The notes under the pieces were generated by a model, which saw nothing but the letters and a program-made list of their open reading frames with translations, was not told the origin of the DNA and did not search any database. Shown piece after piece: positions 25,001-37,000 of a DNA stretch of 64,000 nucleotides; position 1 is the first letter of the stretch; the number at the start of each line of letters is the position of its first letter. The translations under genes were made by a program, and so were the position numbers. The stretch spans positions 10,509 to 74,508 of the forward strand of contig JAYOCQ010000008.1 of the NCBI GenBank assembly GCA_038105525.1, given 5' to 3'. The stretch is from Opitutales bacterium. Its GTDB lineage: Bacteria > Verrucomicrobiota > Verrucomicrobiia > Opitutales > Seribacteraceae.

Positions 25001-28000
25001 TCCGGCCGCGCCATCAGCAACTCCGACTTGGCGGGAGGTGCGCACCGCGCCCTCGGCGGGATGGGTCCGGGCGGGGGAATCGGTTTTGACGGCGCAACGA
25101 CTTCATCCGCTGGCGGCGGCTTCGGAGGTTACGGCTCGCCGGGAGCTGATTCCGGTCGCATCGGAGAGTTGTACGGCGACGACAACCTCACTCATTTGGT
25201 CGGCGGCTCCGGAGGGGGTCGCTCGAGCGGCCGGTTCGCCGACGCCGGCGGAGGGGGCGGAGCCTTTTGTATCGTGGTTGGCGAGACCTTCACACTTGAA
25301 GCCAACACCTCCTTGCAAGTCAACGGCGGCGCCGGTTTCTCGCGAGTCCAAGGCAGCGCCGGCGGAGGTTCCGGGGGGGGGATTCGCATCGAGGCGAAGA
25401 ACCTGCTCAATTACGGAAGAATCGAAGCGACCGGGGGCGATGCCAACGGAAGCGGAGGCCCGGGCGGGGGTGGGCGCGTTTCGCTGATTGCCGACGGCGA
25501 ATTGATCACGGGCCTGATCGACGTCTCCGGAGGCTCGAATTCCGATCTTTCGCCCGCTTTGCAAGGGCAGGATGGAATCGTCGCCGTCACCACCAGCCCC
25601 TCTCTGCCAACTCTTTCGTTATCCGAGCTGACCTACATGCAAGAGGTGGTTGACCTCGACCTCAATTTAAGCAGTGGACAATCCTATGAAATCGAGGGTC
25701 TTCCACCCGGTCTGACTTTCGCTGATCCTTATTTGTCGGGCATTCCAGAAAAAGCCGGGGTCTTCTCCATCCTGATTCGAGCATCCACTCAATTCGGCGA
25801 GACCAACCAAACCTTTGAGCTCACCGTTCTCCCCACCGCTCCATCCGTATTCACCGAATCCGCTTCCCATATAGGTTTGAACTCGGCTCGTCTGAACGCC
25901 TTGGTAAGCGACACCGGCGGTGAAGATTCCAATCTCAGCTTCTCATACGGGACGCATCCCGCGAACCTCGACGCCTTGACTTCTTCGAAATCGGTTTCAA
26001 CGAATGGTCCGGCTTCCATTCTTCTGACCGGCCTGGATGAAAACGTCACCTATTACTTCAAGGCTCTGCTGTCCAATTCCCTTGGCTCTTTCTCCGACGA
26101 ATCGGTCGAATCCTTCACCACCTCGATTTCGCAGGCTCCTCCCGTCGTCAGGGTGGGACCGATGAGCGAAGTAACCGATTCCAACGCCTCCTTGGGGTAC
26201 GAGTTGGTTTCCTACGATGGCGAAATACCCATTCTGACCCTGTTCTGGGGGCCGATCGATCGGGGCAAAAGTTCCGGACTGTGGGAATCCAGCCATGCAA
26301 TCGGTCAACCTGCGGACATAGGCAGCTCTACGTGGCGCATTTCCGGGAGAAGCCCAGGTGAAAAGATCTACTACCGCGTACGCGCTGTCACTACGGATTG
26401 GGTCGTCTGGTCGGAAGATGCCGGTGTGGGCAAAATGGTTGGCTTGCCAGAAATCGAAACTCTTTCTCCGGTCACCCAGCGGATCGATTCGGTAACCTTG
26501 CGTGGCAAGGTTCTTTCCAACGGGGGGGAATCATTGAGGACGCCACTGGATTCCCCCCTGGTCGCCGATGGCCTGATCGCTCACTGGCGCTTCGACGAGG
26601 GACAAGGAATCGAGGCCTATGATGGAACTGCCAACACCTCTCCCGGAGTGGTTCGTGGCGGGGTCAGCTGGAAACCTTCCGCTTCCGATGATTTGGATAC
26701 GGCAGTCTCCCTGCAGGGAAGCGAATTGTCCTACGTCGAACTCGACCCCTTCGTCTTGGGTGGCGCCATGACCGTGAGCGGTTGGTTCAACCTCAGAGGC
26801 TTCGGAGAGAACCTCCGGGCAATCGACTTCGGACAAGCCGGCGACTACAACTCGATTATTCTTTCCTCCGCCGGTGACGGAAACGACGGAAATTGGAGCG
26901 TCAGCTGGGGGAACGGCTCGGAACTGGGTTGGAGCGCCTCGCGTCTAAATGGAGACGAGGACAGCGGAATCTCTTCGGACCACGCGTACACGGTCGCCGT
27001 CAACCTGCACGGCTCCACCCGAACCGTCAACGGAGTCGAATTTATCGGAACCACGGCAAGCTCGGGGACGAACTGGGCCTTGACCGCAGGTTTCTTTTCC
27101 AGCGTCGCCAACGCCAACTCGACGACAGTCAGCGGTGAAATCGGCACCATGCTAACCGATGGATTCAAGTACAATGGGGATCCGCAAAAAATCAAGCTGA
27201 CCGGCTTGACCGACGGCCAAGCTTACGTTTTCTCGCTTTACGGTCAGGCCTGGGGAGGCGAACGCACTTGCGAGCTGTCCTGTTCCGACCTCAGCGGATC
27301 CATCACCGTAAACCAAGACCAATACAACGGCCAAGTTACGGACGGCATCCTCGTCGAATGCACCTACGTCGCCATCGGAACGGAGGTGGAATTCAGCATC
27401 GACCCCCTTAGCTCCCATACCTGGCACCTCTACGCCTTCAGCAATCGCGCTTCGGACTTCTCTCCCCAACTGGCCTCAGTCCGAATCGATTCCCTGTGGA
27501 AGCTAAACGAATGGCAACACCTCGCCGTTTCCGTCGAGGAGGACGGAACCACCAATTTCTATTCGGACGGTGAGTTCCTCAGCTCGGCCGCTCTTCAAGC
27601 TCCCCCGAGCCTTCGGCGCGAATACCACACCATCGGTGGGAACCGCTTGTGGATGGATGAGTTCAGTCCAGCGGATCTGCCCGAACTGAAGCTGTGGCTC
27701 GATGCCGCGGACGGATCCACCGTCTTCCTCGACCTCAACGAAACCTTGCCGGCAAGCTCATCCGAATTGATCAGTCGCTGGACCGACAAGAGCGGACTGA
27801 ATTACGACGGGGTGATTTTCGAGGAATCTCTCGATCGCCGGCCGACTTACCAAAATGCGATCTTTCAGGGAAAGCTTCCTGCCATCGTATTCGACGGAAA
27901 CAGCGACCTCATGGTCATCGAAGGAAGCAGGATCGACTTCGATGCATGGAGCGAACTCACCATCGTTTCCGTTCACGATCGAACAAACGGGAACGGGTGG

Positions 28001-31000
28001 GTAACTCACATGTCGAAGGGACACCGGGACGACTCGACTTTCGGCTGGGAAGTTCTTCTGCGCAACCCCGGCAACGGGGCCGCAACCTGGGTAGTCAAGG
28101 GAACCAACGGCAATGAATGGCTGGACATGTGGAATTACGACCATTGGGATCCCGCCCTTCTTTATCTAAGCTTGGGCAATGGCGGACGACTCATCCGGCT
28201 CAACGGACAAAAGATCTCCTATCAAACCGATGGAGGAAGCATCTCCAGCGCATCCAGCGCGCCCGTTTCCATCGGGGGGAAATTGCGCTCCTCTGGCACC
28301 AGTGTCGCTCAGCACTCCGCAATCATGTTTTCCGAGGTCATCATTTTGCAGGACTATCCCAACACCCTTGAGATGGAAAAGATCGAGGGATATCTGGCTT
28401 ACAAATGGAACCTCGATTCCCTCTTGCCCGATGATCACAATTACAAGAACGCGCCCCCAACCACGCCACCTCCGTCCTTTCAGTTGTTCGACGGATTGGT
28501 TGACGACCTGAGAATCTACGATCGCGCCCTACCCCTCGCCGAAATCGGTCGAATTCATTCCGGAGACCTTGCCGAAGATCGATTTATCGGAGGACAAGAT
28601 CCACGGGTGACTCTCTTTTGGGGGGACGAAGACGGTGGAACGGAGATGGATCTGAACCAGTCTTCTCCTTCGGCTTGGGATCACAGGATCGAACTCGGGA
28701 CCACAGGGATCGGTCCCTTCGAAATTCAGCTGGATGGGCTGGAGTTCGGCAAGACCTACCATTATCGCTTCCTGGCGGAGAATGACGCCGGAGCGAATTG
28801 GTCCGCAGAGTCGAAAGTCTTTTCCAGCGGAAACTTCGAGCTCTCCGCGGAGACTTGGATCGATGAAAAGCTTCTTCTTTGGCTGGATGGAGCCGACGTA
28901 AACGGAGACGGGAACCTTGCCAACGAACCTTTCGGGGGCACGGTCGACTTCTGGAGAGACAAGTCGGGCGGGGGGCGACATGCTTCGGGTGGACAAGGAC
29001 CCGATCTTTCCTACCGATCCCTCAACGGAAAGTCGACCCTGAGCTTTGACGGCGTGGGACAATTCCTACGCATCTCCGATTACGAGTTCGGCTCGCCCCA
29101 TTCACTCGATCTTGGCTCCGAAGCCAGTCTCTTTCTTGTGATGCGCGGCGCATCCCTTTCCAACAATGCCGTAGTTTTAAGCAAGGGATGGAACGATCAT
29201 TCCGGATGGATCTTCGGAAGCGACGATCAGGGCATGCCCAGTTTCGGTTTGCGAGGCACCCAGGCCAACGACGAATCCGCATTCCCTCAATCCTGGAGCT
29301 CGAATTTTCAAATCTTCTTGGTGGGAAAGAATTCCGACAGAAGACGGACGCGCGTTAACGGAACTTCCCTCATCGAGCTGCTCGACGCCGGGTCGGTTTC
29401 ACCCGCCACCAGACAAGACCTGATTCTCGGAGGAATCGATCAGGAGGGAATTTCTCGATTCGCTCGGTTCGAAGTTGCGGAGATTCTCCTTTACGAGAAT
29501 TTCCTCGCCGAGGAGCGCATGGAAATGCTCGAAGGGTATCTGGCTCACAAATGGGGCCTCCAGGATTTCCTTCCACTGGCGCATCCCCACCAAGACACTC
29601 CGCCCTCTTTCGAAAACCGTTCCGAGATTCTGTTGCCGGATCCGTTTTTCCTGGGATTCGGACTGGAGCAAAACTTCGTTCTCCCAACCAACCGATCCGC
29701 CAGTCAATACCAAGCTGAAAACCTTCCTCCCGGACTCGCCTTGGACGAAACGACCGGCCGCCTGACGGGAACCCCCACCGTCAAGGGGACCTTTCCGGTT
29801 GTCTTGCATACGACCAACCAATCCGGAACATGGTCCAAATCCTTCGATTTCACGATTAACGATTATTCCTCCTGGCAATACGAGTTGGAGATCGAGGTCT
29901 CCGGATACCAAGGGGAGAAAACCTTGTTCGATTTCCCTCTCTATCTCGAGCTCAACACTTCGATCCCAGGGTTTCACTACGACCAATTCTCGGATCCCGA
30001 AGGAGCGGACCTGCGGATGCTTCTTTCCGATCGATCGACTGAAATTCCCTACGAAATCGTGGAATGGAACCGCGACGGCACGAGTTCGCTTTGGGCGCTT
30101 CTCCCCAGATTGGATACCAACACTTCGATAGTCGCCAAGTGGGGCAATCCCGGAGCGGTCACTCGACCCGATTACGCCAGCGACGGGTCGGTCTGGAAAA
30201 ACTATCGGGCGTCCTGGCGCATGGACTCATCATCCGATCAATTGATCCGCGATTTCGCATCCGGATATCATGCCTCTCCCAATGGACCGGTCGCTTCCCG
30301 AAGCGACGGATTGATCGGTAAAGCCCTCTTGCTCGACGGTCAGGGCGATTGCTTGGAACTCCCCACAAGCGCATTTTTCGGCTCCGCTTCGCAACAGGCC
30401 CAGGTTTCCTTTTGGTCCTTCGTTCAAAATGAAGAGCTGACCGATTCCATCTTGCTGCACGCTTCCTCCAACCTGGGCTCACACCTGCAGGTTCTTTTGC
30501 CCGGCTCGGACGGAGCCATTCACTGGATGACCGGCAGCGGGTCTCTCGACGACGCCTCCTTGGGTATTTCCGGCTTCTTCGAAACCTGGAATCATTGGGT
30601 TCTGCAAGTTGATCTTTCCGCCGGTCGATCAAAAATCTTCCTCAACGGCCAGCTGGAACTGGATCAATCGGGAATTACGCGCCCCTTTGGAAATAACGTG
30701 GAATCCTTCCGACTGGGCGGATCCGTCTCCGATGTAGATTGGTGGAAAGGGAAAATCGACGAGCTCCGATTATCCAGCGATTTGGAAAGCCCTGAATTCA
30801 TTGCAAACAGTTACGAGAACCAACGGCCAGACGCCCCACCCTACCTAACCTTCGAAGCGGTGGTCGGCCCGCCCTTTTTCTCTCCAGACCAAATTGGTCA
30901 AGGTTTCGTCGGCGAGCCCTTTTCCTATTTCGTGGCGGCCTTCCCCGCAGAAATTTCCTTTTCCGCGGTTGGTCTGCCCGCCGGACTTTCCATCAACCAA

Positions 31001-34000
31001 GCAACCGGAGAGATCAGCGGCGTTCCCATCATGGCCGGAAATTACGCAGTCACGGTAATTGCCGAAAACCAATCCGGCAAGACCATGCAACCGATAGCCG
31101 TGCAACTCAACGACCTCGGCGGTTTCAACCAGCGAATTCCGATTTCCTGCGAAAACTATTCGGGTTCCTCGACCTTGGAAAACTTTCCTCTGCTGGTGGA
31201 ACTGAATTCCTCCAACGACGGATTCAGCCTGCACCTGTTTTCATCGAAACAGGGATACGACCTGAGGTTTTTCGACGATGCCGGCAAAGAAATGCCCTAC
31301 GAACTGGAAACCTTCGACTTCTCCGGCAACCGTTTGGCGGCTTGGGTGCTGGTTGGGGAATTGAACGCCTCCACCACCTTCACCGCTTGCTGGGGCAACC
31401 CGGAACTGGCGGAATACCCTCCGGAATATTCCATTGACGGAAGCGTGTGGAGCGAAGGATTTCGGGGAGTATGGCATTTTCGCCCAGCAGAACTGACCAA
31501 CACCCTATCCGATTCATCTCCCTTCCGAAATCACCTCACGGATCACAACGGTCGCACGCTTTGGGCTTCCAGGATCGGGTCAGGGAGAAGCTTCTTCGGA
31601 CAGCCCGATCAATCCCTGCTCGCCCCGCAATCCTCGTCCCTTTTCGGACTCGATGCGACGAGCTTTTCCTTCTCCACCTGGGTTCGCCTTGAATCATTTA
31701 CGGAAGAGAGGATCAACGACGCCGTCTTCGCTCTCGGAATCGAATCCATTCCCATGCTCTCGGTATTTGACGACGCCAGCCAATTTTCCGGTCTCGAACC
31801 CAGTGGTTCGGCAATCCTCAAGACCGGTCCCGGCGAGGAGGGGCTTTACTTCAAATCCGCGGAAGACTTTCAATCCCTCAATCTTGGAATCGGGCGAAGC
31901 AGCGGATTTTCCATCGGCATTCTTTCCCGTTTCACTCCTCAGGTCACGGGCAATTACCAATTTCGAGCCTTAACCTCCGATCCGGACCTCTTCACTCTTT
32001 GGATCGACCTCGACAAAAGCGGTTCCTTTGAAGCCTCCGAACAGGTTTGCAGAACGGACATGAAGACTTCGACTCTACTCGAGCTTGAAGAACCAAGCTC
32101 GTACAATCTCATGTTCGCCTATGGCGCTCCGGTCGGTTCGAACGACTCATTTCTCCATCTTCAGTTTCGCAGCGAAGAAGCGGGCTTCGACAACTGGACC
32201 ACGATTGATCCGCAAGACCCCGGCCAATACAAACTTCACCATCTTACCTTCGACGGAAACCTCTCCGACCGGATCAGTCCGTTTACCTTCGTTCAATATG
32301 GAGCGACCGAACGACTCGACCTGCAGGATTCTCGTCCCAGCCACACTCACCGCCTCTCAGGTCTGCCCGTTCAAGCTGAAGGCAACTCCACCTTGAGCGC
32401 CCAGCAATGGGTTCACCTAGTCTCTCAAGTTGACGCCGAGGAAGGCAGAGTCGAAGCCTTTCTAAACGGAGACTTGATCGCTCGCGAATCCTTCGATCTT
32501 GAGCGTATTCCAGATCCCCTTGCTTCCGTCGCCTGGGAATTCGCCAGGGGAACGGTACCCTTTGACCTGGACGAAACCAGATTGAGCCGAGGAACCCGGT
32601 CCGTCGACTGGGTGCGGGCATGTTATGAAAATCAGTCCGAAACGACTTCCTTCCCATCGATCGGAACCATCAGTGGAGAAAATGCCGTCACCTCTGCCCT
32701 GGAATACTCCGTTCCAGCCGAACGATACTTCGAACGATCGATTGAAGCAACCGGATCTCCGGTCGCTTTTCTGGCAACCGGACTGCCTGGAGGGATCAGA
32801 CTGGATCCAACCGATGGCAATCTTTCAGGCACCCCGGTGCAGGCAGGAATCTACCAGATCGACTTGCAGGCGATTTACCTCGATTATTCCATTGCCCGCC
32901 AAACCGTCTCGCTGGAGGTTACCCCTGCTCCCCCGAAAGTGATTCTCTCGCAAGTCGTTTCCAACGACACCTCTTCCTTGGTCATCGAATTCGACGTCAA
33001 TGCCACCGGAGGGGACGATCCCGAACTTTACGTCCTCGCCGATTTGGTCGATCACGGAACCGACCTTTATGCATGGAAATACCGGATGCATTTAGGCCCT
33101 CAGGGTTTCGGTCCGGGAACAGCGGTACTAGGTGGCTTGGATGCGGATCAGCGTTATTTCGTCAGACTCTATGCCAAGAACGTCGCCGGCGAGTGTTGGA
33201 CCGGAAAGGAGTTTTTCGTCAATCGACAGATCGGACTCAATCAACTTCCCTCTTCTTTGTTTCTCTGGTTCGACGCAGTCGACCACTTGGGCACGAACGA
33301 CTACGACCGTCCAATGCCAACCGAGGGAACGCTAGTTGATACTTGGAAGAACAAGGCTAGAGAAACCGATCCTGAAGAAGCTCAAAGGAAACACTTGGAA
33401 ATCGGATCGGGCAGCGGAACGCCGACCATCGTTCTCGAGGGCCACGAAAACCGTCCGGTGGTACAATTCGACGGTGACGACTGGCTATCCACGGCCTACA
33501 GTTTTTGGAACGAAACCAACCAGGCCAAATATCCCTTCAATCGATGGGGATGGAGGGACAACGGCTACACGGCTCTTGCGGTCAGTAGATACACCGGTGG
33601 TAGAAACGGCCGGGTATTCACTTCCTCCGACGGCGTAAATTGGCTCTTTGGACATTGGAACAACCGAATCGGAACCTACTATTTCAACGGGTGGGTGGAT
33701 CAGGGATTCCAATCGGATCTTAACTTTCACATCTTCGAAGTTTCCCATCAAGCCTACCTCGAAGACGACGATCCTACTTCTCGGGTTTGGAACGACGGTG
33801 TCGCCGGTTCCTACTACAAGGGAAAACCGCAAGGATCCAACGGGTGGATCGCCAGCCCGGGCACCATCGCTTTCGGCGCCTGGAACAACGGTCGAGAACC
33901 ATCGGACTGTCAGGTCGCCGAGTTCCTCTTCTTCATGGGCGAAATCGAAGAAGACGACCGCTTGCTGCTCGAAGGCTACCTTGGCCACAAGTGGGGAATC

Positions 34001-37000
34001 AAACTGCCATCCATCCATCCTTGGGCATCGCAAGCTCCATCCTTCGGTGAAGTGACCACCAGCGGAGCAACCCCCGTGGGATCCACCGGTCGCACCGACG
34101 TTCCGATCATCATCAATCGCGAACCAGCCAACCTGCGAAAGGATTCGGCCACCCTCACCGGACAATTGATCAATCCGGGCATGGGCAACCTCACCGGAGG
34201 AACCTTCTCCCCAATGGATTATCCTGGCTTGCAATTGTGGCTGGATGCTTCCACGGGAGCAACCTACGAAACCAATGCAACTCAAGAGCCTCAGCCTTGG
34301 ACCCCCAGGGTTCTCCAGGAACTGGTGCTGCAACTGGATGCCAACGACTCAAGCAGCCTGACCATGAGCGATGACGACGTTCCCGGGTGGACCGACAAGA
34401 GTGGCAACGGTTACGACATGATCGCTCAGGGCAATCCAAAACGCGTTCCCTACGAACTCGACGAGGAATCAAAGGTCGTTCGCTTCGAAGGAAACAGAAA
34501 CGACGGCGGAGACTCCCTCTATTCCATCAAGCAATGGGACAAGACCACCGGTTCCTTCACCTTTTTCGCGGTCGCGCGATATGCCGCGGAAGAATGGTGG
34601 AAAAAACAGCGACTGATTTCCGACCGCACCAATAACAACTGGCTCTTCGGTTTTCACGGCACCCTCGTCGGCAGGCAATATTTCAGTGGTTGGGTGAAAC
34701 AAAACGGACTCTCGTCCGACACCGACTTCCATCTCTTGTGCGCCAGCCTTAATTCTTCCGACGTCGCCACCGCCTGGCTCGACTTGACCGACAATACCGA
34801 GAATGCCAACGGAGCCAACAACAATTCAAACAAGTACATGCCCAGGGAATTGCAGTTTGGCGGATGGCAATCGAAAGCCGAGTTTTCGACGGGTGAAATC
34901 GCCGAATTCATCGGATTCGACAAGGAACTGAGCGAATCCGAACGGGAAAAGGTAGAAGGCTACCTCGCTCACAAGTGGTCACTGCAATTCTACCTGCCCA
35001 TCGCCCACCCCTACGCAAACGATCCTCCCGATTCCTGGCTTCCAAGCTCCGAAAGTTCTCTGCAGGCCTGGTTCGATGCGAACGACTCTTCCACTATCGT
35101 AACCAATTACGTCCGGGAATGGAGAGACGTCGCCAACGGAAACGCGTTCTTTCAGGAAGACGTCAGCGCCCGTCCCCTTTACCTTCAGGAAGCCATCAAC
35201 GGATTGCCCGCCGTCAGTTTCGACGGATTGGAAAATTTTCTGGAAATCGATTCTCGATTCGGTTTGAGCAAGAATCCGGATTTGATGGTGATTGCAGTGA
35301 CCCTGCTGGATAGCCTCGGCGTCGATCTCACCAAACCCACGGACGCGACTCAAGGAATCAACGGGCTGGGATCTTCCGGCAACAACTGGCCATCCAGCGA
35401 AAACCCGACCTTGGCAATCGACGACGATCCAAACACCAAATATTTGAATTATGACGAAAATGGCTCCGGGTTGACCATAACCACCTCCTTCGGCGGGATC
35501 GTCAACGGAATGTCTCTCACTTCGGCGAATGACATGCCGGCTCGAGATCCGGCCAGCTACAAACTGGAGGGGTGGAACGACGACACCTCGTCCTTCGTAA
35601 CCATCGCGGAAGGAACCGTACCCGCTTTTTCAGAGAGGAAGCAACGCAAACAGGTTTCCTTCGACAACAACCTTTCCTACCTCACCTACAAATTGACCTT
35701 TCCCTCGATCGTGGATTGGAACACGACCGACCAAGTGCAAATTGCGGAAGTCGAACTCCTTGGAATTCCCAATTCCGAGGAGTGGATCAGTGTAAACCGC
35801 GTCTTTCAACTCGGATCGAAAAGTCGAAAGAGAATCCTCGCCGGTGCCTCCGGCAGTTGGCGCTTCAACGACGGGCACGTCAACTTCGTCGAACCGCAGA
35901 CCAACCAAGCAAGCATACAAGCATGGGCCAGAACCTCAGGATCGGACTACAACACTTCCGCTTTCTTTCTCAACGGAAACGAACAAGCGAAAAGCGAAAG
36001 CGAAAACGAGATCGGACTTCCCAGCGACACCGGAGCTTCGATGTTCATCGGAGCCGGCTTCGACTCCAGTGGCGGCATCCTCCCCTTCGACGGAAAGATC
36101 GGCGAACTGATCGTGATCAATGGTTCCGACTCCGTCCTGCGAGAAAAGATCGAAGGTTACCTCGCTCACAAATGGGGTTTGAGCGATGCCTTGCCCGGCT
36201 TGCATCCTTACAAGGACTCGTTCGACGCCACCTACACTCCTCCGGTTCCGTTAAGCGCCTTGTCCGATCGATCTGGCAACGGAAACCACGCCGAACAAAA
36301 TGAGGAGGATCGTCGCCCAGGCTACTTGATCGATGGCTTGAACGGCATGCCCATCGTTCAATTCGACGGCAACAGCGACGTCTTGGAGTTCAGGAATCCG
36401 GTAAATGCAATTCGGTCCGTTTTCTTGGTGGCTGAACGAAAACCCGGCAACCGTGGCTTCATCCTGGGCCATTCCAGCGGTTATTCCTTCCAAACCGGGT
36501 CTACCACGATGTGGAACCAAAGCTGGACGGACCCATTCCTGATCAATGGCACGATTCGAGAAAACGGCAACTGGAGAGACGGTCTCTCTCAGGATTACGG
36601 GACCGGAAAGATGTCGATCACCAGCCTGGTTACCGACGGAGTGGTACGGGCATCGAATTTCTCCAGAGATCGAGACAATGAAACCTACTGGAGAGGAACC
36701 TTTGCGGAGCTTTTGGTCTACAACGAACCTCTTCCCAGCAATTTCGTACGATTGGTCGAAGGTTACCTCGCTCACAAGTGGGGCATTCAAAGTACTCTCA
36801 CTCTCTCCCACCCCTACAGAATCAACGATCCTGTCCCCAGCGATCCCTCTGCCGAACTGATGATTTATTGGGGAAACACCGACGGTGGATCCAATCCCGA
36901 TCTTTGGGAAAACAAAGAATCGCTTGGATTGGTAAGCGTGGGCTTGCGAAAACTCTCCAATGAGGAAGTCGTGGTCAAGGCGGAACCCAGCCCCAATGAC

